From: Carcharhinus longimanus
Lineage: Eukaryota
NCBI GenBank assembly: GCA_030264375.1
Contig: JASCQW010000099.1
Location: forward strand, 42,918,090-42,982,089
Length of the DNA stretch: 64,000 nucleotides
Direction: 5' to 3'
Made by a program: the position numbers and the translations under genes. Below the pieces are notes generated by a model. That model was not told the origin of the DNA. It saw only the letters and a list, made by a program, of their open reading frames with translations, and searched no databases. Of the stretch, positions 24,590 to 38,800 are shown in pieces. The first letter of the stretch is position 1. Each line of letters begins with the position of its first letter.

Positions 24590-26310
24590 TTCCAGAAAAA
24601 GGATTAAAATGGAGGGAAAAAATAGAGGATGAGAAAAAGGTAGCCAAAAATATACAACCAGAAAGTAAGTCTGGAGAATTGATAATGGAAAACAAAGAAA
24701 TGAATTGAATAGGTATTTTATATCAATCTTCACTATAGAGGATATAAGTAATACTGCTGAAGCAGCTATAAACCAGGAAATGGAAGGGAGGGAGGAACTC
24801 AGGAAAATTACAATCACCGGAGAAGTGGTTGGAGCTGCGGACTGACAAGTGCCTGAGACTTGGGTCCTCATGGACTTCATCCTAGGGTTTTAAAAGAAGC
24901 AGCTAGTGAGATAGTTGATGCATTGGTTTTAATTTTCCGAGATTCCCTAGATTCGGGGGAAGTCCCATTAGACTGGGAGACAGCAAATGTAACTCCATTA
25001 TTCAAAAAGGGAAGGAAGACAGAGAGTGGGGAACTACTGTATTAAGTCAGCTTAATATCTGTCACTGAGAAAAAGCTAGAAGCTATTATTGAAGAAGTTA
25101 GAGCAGGACACTTGGATAAGTTCAAAGTAATCAGACAGAGTCAACATGATTTTGTGAAAAGGAAATCATGTTTAATCCATTTATTAGAGGTCGTTGAGGA
25201 AGTAACATGTGCTGTGGATAAAGGGAACCAATAGATGTACTCTAATTAAATTTCCAGAAGGCTTTGATAAAGTGTCATGTCAAAAATTATTGTAGAAAAT
25301 AAAAGCTCATGGTATTGGGGGACAGGGAGGGTGGGGCGGGGTGGGGCAGGTAACATATTGGCATGGATAAAAACTTGGTTGACTAACAGGAAACAGAGAG
25401 TAGGCGTAAATGGTTCTTTTTCCAGTTGGCAAGATGTAAGAATGGTGTACCACAGAGAATCAGTGCTGGGACCTCAACTGTTTACAGTTTATATAAATGA
25501 CTTGGATAAAGGGATGGATGAGATGGTTGCCAAATTTGCTGATGATACAAAGGTAGGTAGGAATGTAAGTTGTGAAGTGAACATAAGAGGACATAAAAAG
25601 ATATAGGTAGGTTGAGTGAGTGAGCAAATATCTGGCAAATGGAGTATCATGTGGGAAAATGTGAAATTGTCCATTCTGGCAGAAAGAATAAAAATGCTTA
25701 TTCTCTAAATAGTGAGAGGTTGTGGAGCTCTGAGATGCAGAGGGATCTGGGGTGTCTTAGTTCATGGATCACAAAAGGCTCGCGTGAAGGTCCAACAAGT
25801 AATTAGAAGAGTTAATAGAATGTTACCATCTATTGCGAGGGGATTGGCTATAAAAGTAGGGAGGTTATTCTTCAGTTGTACAGAGCATTGGTGAGACCAC
25901 ATCTGAAGGTTGGACAGGCTAGGCTTGTATCTGCTGGAGTTTGGAAGAGTAAGAGGTGACTTGATTGAAACATGTAAGATCCTGAGGGGATTTGACAGGA
26001 TGGATGAGAAGAGGATGTTTCCACTTGTGGGAAAATCTAGAACTAGGGGTTACTGTTTAAAAATAAATGGTTGCCCATTTAAAACAGAGATGAGATGAAA
26101 TATTTTGTCTGCGAGGGTCATGAATCTTTGGAACTCTCTTCCTCAAAAGGTGGTGGAAGCAGAGTCTATGGATATTTTTAAGGCTGAGGTGGGTAGATTC
26201 TTGGTAAGCAAAAGGATGATAGGTTACCAGGGATAGGTGGGATGCAGATTTGAGGGTGCTATCAGATCAGCCAAATGATGGGGCAATGGTCCACTCCTAC
26301 TTCTTGTTTC
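24590..26310 (+). mobile_element. CR1/HER1-type LINE, 5'-truncated ORF2 (RT) and 3'UTR
   Basis: GPHGLHPRVLKEAASEIVDALVLIFRDSLDSGEVPLDWETANVTPLFKKG, VLGPQLFTVYINDLD, KFADDTKVG, RVRGDLIE; frameshifted. Confidence 0.92.
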
Positions 26311-26992
26311 TAAAGCAGGGAAATAAATAGTGAGGGAGATATCTCATGTAGTAGAAGGACAGCAAGTGTTTAAAATAGGATAGGAAAAGGTTAAGGGCTT
26401 ACTTGAAGTATAGTTGGCTGAAATCTTATTTCCAATATTAAATAAGGACAAAGTGAGTCCACAAAAACAGATGAACAGAAAGGGAGTGTGATGCCCCTCC
26501 AGTCAATAAGTCACAAGGAAGTGTAGCTGGAATTGCACTACCACATAAGGAAAGAAGTGTTCCAGGAATCATGGAACAAGTTAGGAGAGCTCCCCTCCAA
26601 AGTCAAAGGCTCGAACTAGGACATCATTGATTGGCCTGACCAGTAGCTTTATGGCAAACTTAAATGTAGACCAGAAAAGTTCCCAAATTGACCCAGAAAG
26701 AGTGAGGGTGAGTTGAAGGCCACCAGGAGATACAGCAAGAGCCAGAAGGGAGTAGTATCTCAAAAGACATGACATCTATCCCCCAAATGACCAGCAGAGG
26801 GGCCGCAGCCAGATTGGACCCCATGTTTGCCCACTTTTTTGTTGCAGAATGACAAGGTGACTGGACAGGGTTAATCTTGTACTTAAAATGATCCAATGAC
26901 AACCCATCAAGCTACAACCCTGTAGGTCTACCCAGTATGGATGAGAGAGAACTCTCCCAAAAGGCCATATTTCCATCATCCGGAACCAGAAG

Positions 26993-27283
26993 GTTTAAAG
27001 TTTTAAAGTTAAAGTTTATTTATTAGTCACAAGTAAGGCTTACATTAATACTGCATTTAAGTTACCATGAAATTCCCTTAGTCATCACACTCCGGCACCT
27101 GTTCAGGCCAATGTACTTAACCATGTCTTTCAGACTGTGGGAGAAAAACAGAAAACCTGGAGGAAACCCATATAGACACAGAGAGAATGTGCAAACTCCA
27201 CAGAATAACTCAAGCTGGGAATCGAACCCAGGCCCCTGGCGCTGTGAAGCAGCAGTGTTAACCATTGTATCACCATGCCACCC
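26993..27283 (-). mobile_element. V-SINE variant (same tail as 15897-16205)
   Basis: Reverse-complement head and tail match. Confidence 0.8.
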
Positions 27284-28385
27284 AGATTCAGAGTCAACTG
27301 CCTGCCTGTTGCCGCACCACCCAAAGCACCTTGTAACAGAAACTGGAACTCTTCAGTTGTATTCGCGCCTAAGCTGAACCGTGAACCAGAACCCCTAAAG
27401 AGGCCAAAGTCAGATTAAAACACCCCAATCTCCTGACAATCAGCCTATTCACTATCCTTGGGTCTGATCAGCTGAACCCACAGGCTACCAAGGTGCACAG
27501 AGAAAGGCTGTACTGGACAAGAGCATCTCAGTGGTCACAAAGTGAAATGCTCAGTAGCTTTCTGCTGCTATAGCTTAACCATCACTTGCCCCTGAGTGCT
27601 AACCACTCTGGAAACCCCTCAGACCCTTTAGTGGACATTTAGTCAGGAATTGGGGCAGACAGAGTTCTGAAGCCAATGGCTTCGCTTATGCCTGATCCCC
27701 GATAGAGGAAATTCAGAACTCGAGCCCTGTGTAAACTTTGCCATACAGATGAATTTTGAATTCTCCTAAGTCACTGAAATCTTCCAAATCCTGGGACCAG
27801 ACAATAAGCTTACTGATGCACTGTCCTGGATTTAATCCTTGAAAACACAGAAGGGAATTGGCATTGTCCTTGCTATCTGTGTGTCCAACATGCCAGTGTC
27901 AGTGAGAGAAATTTATGTACACTTCCTCACTTCCTTCTTCAGATCACGTTAAAAAAAAGAAATAGAATTGTTTTTCTCTGAGGCAGTGAGGTATTTCGGG
28001 GGCTAAGATATAACTCCATATTTTTCTAGTATATATATATGTATATAATTGGAGCTAACTTATAAAATCTTAAAAATTGGACAAAGGCTTTTCAATGATT
28101 GAAGCCAAGACTGACTATGATTCAAACAAAAGAAAATTTCTGGCTTTTGGAGCTGAGACCTCGTTATCTCAGAAGGTTAGAGAAGAGATAGCAAAGGCAC
28201 AATTACATATGTATAAAAAATCATTGTAGAAAGGAACACGGACAGTTTATGTTTCATGTCTGTATAGAAGGTAATAACCTTTTATGCAGATATTGGTGAT
28301 GAATTAAAACACTGCCTTTGAGGGTTGTGGAAGAAGAGATGATAAATAATTTCAAAAGGGAATTGGATAGGTATTTGAGGGAAAT

Positions 28386-28688
28386 TGTTGGAAATACACA
28401 GCAGGTCTGGCAGCATCAGTGGAAAGAGAAAGTGAGTTAATCACTGAAATCTTACCAGCTCGCCAGCCATGAGAATCAGAGTGGGCGAGGGGTGGAACAT
28501 GGGAAGATCTACTGACCTCAGGCAGGATTTTACGGTTTCAGGGTGAGCAAGGCTGTAAAATCCCATCCAAATTTCAGGTTGATCACTTTTTGTCTGGAGG
28601 AATTCTGACGAGTTCTAACCAAATTTCATCAACCTGAAATTTCAACTCTATTTTGTCTCTCTCCACAGATGCTGCCAGACCTGCTGAG
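28386..28688. repeat. Palindromic interspersed repeat with an internal insertion
   Basis: cagcaggtctggcagcatc.gtgga pairs with tccacagatgctgccagacctgctg. An unrelated short repeat is inserted at about 28445-28570. Confidence 0.7.
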
Positions 28689-28781
28689 AGTTGAGGGGGT
28701 TGAACTATGAGGAGAGGCTGAATGAACTAGGCTTGTACTCGTTAGAGTTTAGAAGAATGAGGGGAGATCTCATTGAGACGT
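28689..28781 (+). mobile_element. CR1 LINE fragment truncated by a gap
   Basis: RGLNYEERLNELGLYSLEFRRMRGDLIET. Confidence 0.85.
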
Positions 28782-30274
28782 NNNNNNNNNNNNNNNNNNN
28801 NNNNNNNNNNNNNNNNNNNNNNNNNNNNNNNNNNNNNNNNNNNNNNNNNNNNNNNNNNNNNNNNNNNNNNNNNNNNNNNNNCAGGAAAAACAAATACTTG
28901 TGCACAGTCTGCCTGACACTGACTCTCAATTTAATCTCAATTTTTCAGAACACTGCACTTACAACAGTCTTTGGAGACTTAATTAGAAATAAGCATGGTG
29001 TATGTGAAAAGTAATTGAGCAAATGCCATGGCTAAAAGTTTTAAAGTGCTGTCAGGCAAATGAGTTGATTTTATTAAAATCTATTAAATTGTACACTCTA
29101 GTGACAATATTTTGACATCAGATGAAAATAGTTCAAATTTTCCACTTTAAAAAAATCTTGAAGTTTGGGATTATAATGAATAAGTGCATGATTATCTGCG
29201 GTTATGAGGAAAATGAAGCACATAAATTTATTGCTATTGGCACTCGGGGGCCTGTGCTAATTCAATAATCACAACCAAAATTTCCACTTTAGTATTGACA
29301 TTGCACAGTAGATATCTGTAATTATTTCCTGAAATGTTCAGCGCACAAGCCTGTGAATGGAACTTGTTTTTTTTTGGAATAATTCATGAGTTTTCTTTCT
29401 TTCTCTCAGCCTCAATCTGTTTGAATAAATGGAAGTGTGGCAACAAATCTGCTACGCCCTTGTCTATTGAAACCTATGGGAATCTGAACACAAAAGTTGC
29501 CTCCCTTCTGGATCTGGAGCCAGCATCCTTGATTTAATTTGTACCAATGTTAATAATCTTTTAGTTTAGGACCATAGTCTCAAGCTGTGTCTATCTTGAG
29601 GGTCATGCTCATGAATACTCTCAGCAGCTGTCATAGAATGCTAGATGTGGTTCTGCACGTATGGTTTGCCCTCCTGCCAACTCCTTTCAGTAGTGTCAAG
29701 GCCCAGTCATTTTAAGGGAGAAGTACTTGCACTTATGTGGTCCCTTCATGACTTCAGAATAGCCAGGCCCAAAGTGCTCTACAGCAAGTACGGTGCTTTT
29801 GAAATGTAGTTACTGTCATGTAGGAAACCTCCCACAAATCAATGTGATATTGGATTTCTTTCTCCAATGTTGATTGCTGAATATTATGTCATTTGCTATC
29901 CTGGTTATGGGTGAATACAGATGTTCTCTTGTTGGGGCCAAATGGGGAAAGGACAGTGCTGAGCCTTAGCTCTCCATGTCCCATAGTCAACAGGCCTAGC
30001 AGGAAAATGAAGCTCTAGGCTATCTCCTGTTTTATTTTTACAATGCGCTTATGACATATTTGTGTTTGCTTCTGCCTAACTAGATTTCTCAAATAGAGTT
30101 CAAATCCAATTATGGTTGACTGTTTTAACTTTATTAAAGGACCATAAAATCCCACTGATACTTTTATAGGAAAGGAAAGATGACGTTCCTAGTTTAGCCT
30201 GCCTAACCCACACCAATACGGTATAGTTTAAATTGTGCTCTAAGTGAATAAGCCCAATAGTTTAGAATGCAACT

Positions 30275-30695
30275 TTATTTAATTTGATTTATTATTGTCA
30301 CATATATTGATATGCAATGAGAAGTATTGTTTCTTGCACACTATACAGACAAAACATACCATTCATAGAGAAGGAAAAGAGAGAGTACAGAATGTAGTGT
30401 TACAGTTATAGCTAGGATGTAGAGAAAGATCAACTTAATGTGAGGTAGGTTCATTCAAATGTCTGATGGCAGCAGGGAAGAAGCTGTCCTTTGAGTCGGT
30501 TGGTGCGTGACCTCAGACTTTTGTATCTTTTCCCCAAGGAAGAATGTGGAAGAGAGAATGTCTGGGGTGTGTAGGGTCCTTGATCATGCTGGCTGCATTT
30601 CCGAGGCAGCGGGAAGTGTAGGCTGAGTCAATGGGTAGGAGGCCGGTTTGAGTGATGGACTGGGTTTTGTTCATGACCTCTTGTAATTTCTTGCT
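30275..30695 (-). mobile_element. Rex1/Babar-like LINE 3' fragment
   Basis: KLQEVMNKTQSITQTGLLPIDSAYTSRCLGNAASMIKDPTHPRHSLFHILP resembles the Rex1/Babar RT C-terminus. Confidence 0.75.
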
Positions 30696-31334
30696 CCTTG
30701 CTAGACTTGCTGGTGACTCCCATGTGCTCAGATTGAATTTAATAGAATGTGCCAGTGGCACAACAGCAGCACAGAACAACTTTTGAAAGTGAATGATCCC
30801 TCTTGTAACAACTTCTCTTCAAATCAATCAAAAGCCTAATGCTCTATAACAATTGCAAAATGTTAAGATCTGTGCGATTCTTGGCAGTGTCCAGAATTAG
30901 TGAGAGGAATTTAAAGAAGTTGATAATTGGGGAAGAATGAAATAAACAAAAGCCCCTGGTAAATTTTGAATTGTTCCACCTGCCAAGATGAAGCATCCTT
31001 TGGTGATCATACGTTCTATTTTTTCCCCTTGCACTGATTGCTGCAATTACACTGTAAGCAAAAGTTAATTGCCTTCAGGTTCTTTGTGCTTTATTTGTGT
31101 GCAATTAGATATCTGCCACTTCATATTTAATTTAGTTTAATGTACTTCTTGGAATGAAAGTAAATCACATTTAAATGCGGCACTGACGAAATATTGGAAG
31201 GCTATCAACCATTCTGAGCTGTGCAGATCTGATGTATTTTGCGTTTTTGTACATTCACCCATTCATAAATAACCCATCTTAGATTTAAAGAAACTTTGCT
31301 CTTTTTCTAACACTGTGCCTCCAAGAGCAGGTCA

Positions 31335-31897
31335 GAAGCAAGGAATGGTGCGGTGAGTAACTCAACTCCTGACTCCCTAAAGCCTAACTGTCATCTACAA
31401 GGCACAAGTCCAGAGTGTGATGGAGTATCCTTCACTTGCCTGGATGAGTGCAGCTCCAAGAACATTCAAGTAGTTTGAACCACTTGATTGTTACCTCTTC
31501 TACAAACATTCACTCCCTCCCACTAACGAACAATGGCAATAGTGTGCACCATCTACATGATACACTGCGGTGATTCCCCAAGGCTCCTTGGGCAGTACCT
31601 TCCAAACCCGTGACCACTAGCACCTAGAGAGATATGGGTAGCAGACATATGGGAACACCACCGCCTGGAAGTTCCCCTCCAAGTTACTCACCATCCTGAC
31701 TTGGAAATATAGCACTGTTCCTTCACTGTCGCCGGGTCAGAATCCTGGAACTCCCTAACAGCAACATGGGTGTATCTATGCCTCAGGGACTAAAGCGGCT
31801 CAATAAGGCAGCTCACCACCATCTCCTCAAGGACAATTAGGGATGGCCAATAAATACCGGCCAGTGATACCCAAGTCCTGTAAGTGAATAAAAAAAA
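31335..31897 (+). mobile_element. CR1-like LINE 3' end
   Basis: catctacaaggcacaagtc..gagtgtgatgga...gcaattagggatgg.caataaa tail. A second diverged copy lies at 33590-33935. Confidence 0.7.
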
Positions 31898-31902
31898 TCT
31901 GC

Positions 31903-32245
31903 ATAGAATCCCTACAGTGGAGAAGGAGGCCATTCAGTCCATCAAGTCTGCACCAACTCTCCAAATGAGCATTGTATGCAAGTCTACCCCATTTGGCCCT
32001 GTCTTAGCCTTGTAGTAGCCCCACACCTTTACCTAACCTACACAGGTTTGGACACCAGGGGCAATTTAGCACGGCCAATCCAACTAACCAGCACATCTTT
32101 CAGACTGTAGGGGAAAACGGGAGCATCTGGAGGAAATGTATGCAGACATGGGGAGAATGTACAAACTCCTCAGACTGTCACCCAAGGCTGGAATCGAACC
32201 CTAGTGTGGGTTGTTAGGCAGCTGTGCTAACACTGTGCTGCCCTG
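31903..32245 (-). mobile_element. HE1-type V-SINE
   Basis: catagaatccctacagtg...gtgctaacactgtgctgccc. Confidence 0.8.
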
Positions 32246-32813
32246 TGATGTTTAATAATTAACAAAAAAGTGATCTTGAAGATAACTGAATGTGATTAAA
32301 AAAAGCCTTAAAAATCTTTGGGAAAGGGATCCTGCTGTCTGTAGACAGTCTACATACATGCAAATCCAGCCAGTGATTGCCAGTGGCTATGTTGTCTATC
32401 TTTTGTTCATATCATTGTTTTTGTGTTGGTTTTCCTCCTCCTCTGCAACTTTAAATTTTAAAGTTTAAAATTTAAAATTTACATCTCCTAAAATTACACT
32501 CAGCACATCAGATGTACACGTTTCAAGTATCATTTCAAACATTATACAAGTTCAAAGGTATCCCTATGCAGTCTACTTTTTTTATACAGTGTATTTACAA
32601 GCACTCATCACAGTGGATGACTTACTCCACTGTTTCCATTTATTCAACACAGATGTCCATCAAATACTTATTTTCAGGCGTCCATTTTTAAAGAAACAGA
32701 TATGTGATAAATGCTGATAATGGAATATCAGGCTATATCTGTGCATTTATTCTCAAATATTTAGCACAGTATATTTTGTTCCATTGACAAATCTGCTTTG
32801 TGCTGTCTGTCAT

Positions 32814-32885
32814 TTAGCTGGGCACTGAAAGTAGTCCATTTTCATCAGCCGTATCCAGAATTTTACAAATTACTGGTGATTCCAC
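32814..32885 (-). CDS. ERLEC1: ERLEC1 exon 14 (terminal)
   Basis: cag|[26 protein letters not shown]; minus-strand AATAAA near 32750 and 32640. Confidence 0.95.
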   Translation of the reverse strand: MESPVICKILDTADENGLLSVPS

Positions 32886-35800
32886 CTGAGGAAAAACAAA
32901 GACAACAAGTTGGGACTTGACAGCTGAGACAGCAAAAAGATTCCATTTTCCCACATCAACACCCCAGATACAAATCAAATAGTTCAATATGGATCAGACT
33001 GAGAACCTGCGCGATCCAGCTGACTGTATAAGCTCAGCTAGATAACTGAAAAAGTTGCAAGCCCATAACATTAAATATCAGACATCCTTCTAATTGTAGT
33101 ATTATTGCCCTATTAAACGATGTAAGGAAGCAGGTATGCTCTGCAAGAGCCTACGCTATGACAATCACTTTTTGGTGCCCATGACTTGTCCACTTCCAAT
33201 ATGGTTACTTTTTGGGACTATTTAAAGGGTTTTTAAACTACTGAAATTATTATTTATATTGGCAACAGAGGGAGTCACCAGGTTTTTTCCAACTTTATTT
33301 GGAAGTCAGAGATGTGCTAATGTATGTTATTTTCCCATCGCTTCCTACAGTATTTAACTAAGTGCAATACCATACACTACGTAGAATTTGTAACCACAAG
33401 AAATTGTCAAGGTAAACAGCTGAGATGCTTACAAAAGCAATCTAGATGAGCATCTGAGAGAAAAGAATTGGAAAGGATAGGGGAAGGCTGAGGTAAGATA
33501 GGTTCACCATTGATGAGAAACTAACTGCACCAGCCCAGTTAATGCTGAAGCTATGCGGGCCGGTTAGTGGCTGGAAATTCTGTCTCTCCAAAGCATTTCC
33601 ACCATCTATAAAGTACAAGTCAGGAATGGTGTGGAATACATTCCATCACCTGGATGAGTGCAATTCAAACAAAGTCAAGAAGCTACATACCATCCAAGGT
33701 AAAGCAACTCACTTGATCAGCACCGTTACATGCAAGTTCCCCTCCAAATTCCACACCTCCTGACTTGTATCATTGTTGTCAGAATTCCAGTCCTAACAAC
33801 ACTGAGTGTACTTACATCACATGGATTGCAGCGCTTTGAGTTGGTGGTTCACCGTCACCTTCGAGGACAATTAAGATGGGCAGTAAATTTTGGCCTAGCC
33901 AGTAATGCCCAAACCCCAAGAATGAAAAAATAAGAAACTAAAAGGGATAAATGGAAAAAATACATACAGAAAATGTTAACTCTGCAAGATATTACGAAAG
34001 GTACACTTTACTCACCCCCAGAATGTACTGGCAGGTTTGTGGCTCAAGCATGTAGATAGTAACTGCATGAGGAGACTCTGATTCCTTACACCTGTAATAG
34101 AATATACATCTATTTAAATGCACAAAGTACAGAGAAAATATAAGTGTGACTGAATTTACAAAATACTTCAAGTTGACACTGTCCAAAAAAAAAATCAAAC
34201 CAGCTGCACATGACTTGTAATTGCATAGTGTTTTCATGTAATAATACGTCACAAGGTATGTCACAGGAACATAACAAAATACAATTTGATCCAAGCTACA
34301 AAAGGAGATATTGGGACAAATGGCCAACCTTGGGTCAAACAAGTTTTGAGGTGCATTTTAAAGGAGGAAAAAGGAGATGGGAAGGTAGATATTTGTGGAA
34401 GCAATAGTTCAGAGCCCAGGTGACTGAAGGCATGACCACCGATGGTGCAGTGATTCAAATTGGGAATGCTCAAGATGCCAGAATTAGAACTGTGTAAACA
34501 TCTCCAATCGTTCAGGGGCTGGAGGAACTTACATTTAGGGAGTAGGAAAGCCAGAAAGGGATTTGAAAACAAAGGTGAGAATTTTAAACAAAAGTGTATC
34601 GATTTGGAGATTAAAAAGATTGAGTTAAATGTGTAACACTGGAAAAAGACAGGTCTTGTAGTGTGGCAGCAAGAAACTAAACTTACTTCAATTTTACCAC
34701 TACTTGTCGTGGTTTTCCTGTCAAATCACAAAGGTCACCATTTCCATAAAAATGTGAAACGACCCTTAAAAAAAATGAAATTAAATGTGATTAAAACAGC
34801 ATTTACAACATTCTCAGTGAATATTAAAAATGTGCTGAACATGCAATTCATTACTAGGCTACTTTGCTAATGTTTCATGGAAATTCAAATTAGAAGCTTC
34901 ATTATCCCCAAGAAAGCACTGAAGTTGGAATCAACCAAAAAAACTTCAGAACTTTTGCCTAGCAAAGTTTAATCCTAGGGTTACAGCTGCAGTTTTCATC
35001 TGCAACCGAATCATGACAAAAAAATTGCATTGCTCAACACGATAGGTTCAGAGGAAGGTTGCTTGTACAGAAGTGACCAAAATATTGATAATTTCCTTAA
35101 TAACTGGTCTACAATCTCTCGCAACAATTAAAACAAATTTCTACTACAATTTAAAGCATAATTTCTCCAAAATCAAAACTTTGAATGTTTAAAGCTTGCA
35201 TGGGTTTCCTCCGGGTGCTCCGGTTTTCAAATTCTGCTTTGGAGAAGGTGTAGAAAAGATTTACCAAGGTGTTGCCTGGTATGGAGGGCATTAACTATGA
35301 GAGGTTGGAGAAACTTGGTTTGTTCTCATGGAACGAGAGAGGTTGACGAGGCACCTGATAGAAGTCTACAAGATTATGACAGGCATGAACAGAATGGATA
35401 GTCAGAAGCTTTTTCCCAAGATGGAAGAGTCAATTACTAGGAGGCATTGGTTTTTCTATTTCTAAGTTAAGGATTTAGGTATAGCCTGGGTGACATGGTG
35501 GCACAATGGTTAGCACTGCTGCTTCACAGTGCCAAGGACCTGTGTTCCATTCCCTACTTGGATCACTGTCTGTGTGGAGTTTGCATGTTTTCCCTGTGTC
35601 TGCGTGGGTTTCCTCTGGGTGCTCCGCTTTCCTCCCACATTCTGAAAGACATGCTGGTTAGGTGCATTGACCCAAACAGGTGCCAAAGTGCGAGGGGCAA
35701 GGTTTAAAGGAGATTTACGAAACAAGTTTTTTTTTTACACACGGTAGTGGGTGCCTGGAACGCATTGCCGGGGGAGGTAGTGGAAGCGGATACAGTAGTG

Positions 35801-38800
35801 ACTTTTAAGGGGCATCTTGATAAATGTGTAAATAGGATGGGAATAGAGGGATATGGATCCCCAGAAGGATAAGAGGTTTTAGTTCAGTTGGGCAGAATGG
35901 TCAGTGCAGGCTTGGAGGGCCGAAGGGCCTGTTCCTGAGCTGTAATTTTCTTTGTTCTTTCCTCCCACAATCCAAACATTGTGGATTAGGTCGATTGGCA
36001 TGCTAAATTGCCCCTTAATGTCAGGATAAATATGTGCATTAGAGGGATAGGGCCTAGATGGACAGTTGTCAGTCCAGGCTCAATGGGTCAAATGGCACCT
36101 TTCTGCACTGGAGGGATTCTATGATTCTTCATCATGAGTGAATTCAATCCCTCACTTTAGAAGAACTCTTGCCAAGGCCGATCCAACTTAGACACAACTG
36201 CCCAATGGTTCAATCTCTTCTTCTGAACTCCAATTGCTAGGGGCCTGACAGCACCCAGGGACTTTACTGAGAGCTGTAAACTGCAAGAAGCCCAAACTGA
36301 AACTAATCCCTTCCCCCTGCAAACACACAAATAAATTCAAACCAGAAGTTTTCTCAAACTCCAAGCTCTATGACCACATAGCCTACTGATGTCTATCCTC
36401 AAATGGGGTTCCAAGTCAACTTTCCCTGCTTTATAATTTCCCCAGTTGAGCAAGCCCACTGCTGCTTATGGTTCAATTTCTTCTATTTTGACTCTATTAA
36501 ACAAACATTTGTAACCTCCTGAACTGCTAATTCCTTTTAGGTGTTCTGGCAACCTCTAAAGCTCACTATTTTAGTCTTACCTTCACAACAACAATCTCCT
36601 CAGCTCTAAGCATTACCTCTAGAATATCAACATGAACCTTGACCTAGGTATTGCAGATATTCAACACAACCATCTCTACTTTGCAAAGCTTTCACATCTT
36701 TTCTCCTGAAGCGTGGTGCCCAAAATTGTCCATGTGTTCCAGGTGAAGCCTACCTTTGCGTTCTGTATTACAATCTTACACATTTACCTCACTTTCTGTG
36801 TCCCATCTTCTTGCCATTGGTAAGCCCTTGCTGAACTTTTTGCAGCCCACGTGACGTGCTCTTCTTTATTCCAGGTGCCAACCACTATGATGCTTTTCCC
36901 AGCTCCTTTATCCTTCAAGGTAATACAGAAAGTACCAGTAATTATTGTGTGGCATTCTCATTGCTACAGCTTAAAATAAAAGCGATAGAGTGTTCATCAG
37001 GATGGAGGCAACCATTATTAGAAAACTATTTTCCGGGGAAAACTGGCAGGTTGGGATAGTACTAGCCATTCATCCTTGGTCCTGGATTTGAATTCAACTC
37101 TATCCAATATAATAACATTTTCTTCTGTCACCTTGCTGTAAGAGCCCTAGGCAAGTATGTCTTAACCTAACTCCCACACCAGCCCCCAATTTGGCAGTAA
37201 ATTGCAATCTCCCTGAGATATAGTTAAGAAAAGCAAAATAATGCAGCATGGACAATTAAGGCAAAAATATGATGGGAAAAAGTAAAGCGAGCTTTAGTCT
37301 GTACCTAATGATACTTTATTGGACTGTTAGTGCTATCAATATCCTACTTATAAAAAATATACTTTCTTCCATTTTCTTTGCATCCAGTACCAGCACTTGG
37401 CACTTCAAGACTTTCAAGCATAGCATTGATATATGCCTGGTAAAGACAGTTTGTCATCCTCTTACAATTTTCCATCAACACAATTTTAGAAAGCACCAAT
37501 GCTTAATGCCATCAATCATTATTCTCTTCCTTATTAAAACTTAAATTAGCTTGCAACGAATTACTGTTAACATTGTGATCTGTACCCACTAAGGACTGCT
37601 TGCACACAGATGTGAGTGAATGAATAAGCAAATATGCTGTTTCTTTGCCAATGCTCTCCTCTTCCTTCGAACAGTTGAGCATGATCATGATATTGACCCC
37701 ATACGAATATTTCCAGGAGGGTGCACTGGACAGTGATCAGGGGCAAGAAGTCTGGGTGATTTATTCTCCAAAGCTTCTTCCTCTCTCCCATCACCAAAGT
37801 AGCAACCCTAGGATCACCTGAGCTGAGATTAGTTAATTCAACAGAAACTGATCTTACGATCTTCCTGGTTCAGCTGTTCATTCTCAACCAGATGAGCCAT
37901 GGGAAAAATATCAATGGAGACATCAACTCTTAGTTTGAGTATTCAAAGCTAGCTGCCAGAATTAAAGTTAAAATTTACAGAGGTACCTAGTTTCCCCAAT
38001 TCTGATTTCAGGGATATTCTTTACACACAAACATGAAATAGTTAAAATGCTTACATAGCGACATTTATAAGTATTTATATTCATGCTTATTTTCTTCATG
38101 TAATGTCTTTCAGGTAAGGACCACTGTGAACTTCTTGCACCCCATATTATAGACAATTTGCAAATGCATAGATGCTAAGTCATCTTTACTTTTTAGAAGG
38201 TAACTCGTAACAGATTAGCAGATTTCACTGAAGTGTAATCTTATATCATAATGATCAATAACGAGAACAGGAATATGAAAAGAGAATCATAATTACCCAT
38301 TGCTGTTTAACATTACGGGGAATATAGATTTTGTATCCTATGCACCGTTTCCCACGTTTGCTTGGATTTAAAGGCCCTTCATTTAAATTCTAGCCCCGCC
38401 ATTTGAAGTGGAGTTCATATGTGAAATTCGCTGAGCAGGCACAGCACATTAGTGGGGTGGAGAAAATTTATATCCCAAATAAAAAGCATCCCTCCCAGAG
38501 TAAACTGTCATAAATAAAGAACTAGTTCCGGCATGGGTGATGAGCTGTTTCCTTTGGTGCGGCAATTTCTATGATTCAAAGCTGTGCGTTGTGACCACTC
38601 TGGCAGATAATTGGGAAGGAGATGAAAGCTCCATCTCATGCTCCAATAATACATCTGGAAAGAGATGTAGAAAACTTTTAGTAGAAAGGTCTCTGGCTGA
38701 CCAAGTTATGTTTCATGGATTGATAGAGATTGATAAGTCACAAGGTAGCAAAATTGAAAGTGTGGTTTTGGCCATTACAGGAAAAAAAGAGAAAAGGTTT

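Noticed and set aside
37567-37797. Segment initially considered as ERLEC1 exon 11
   Set aside because: The true exon 11 was found at 36788-36912 with clear homology and correct phases.
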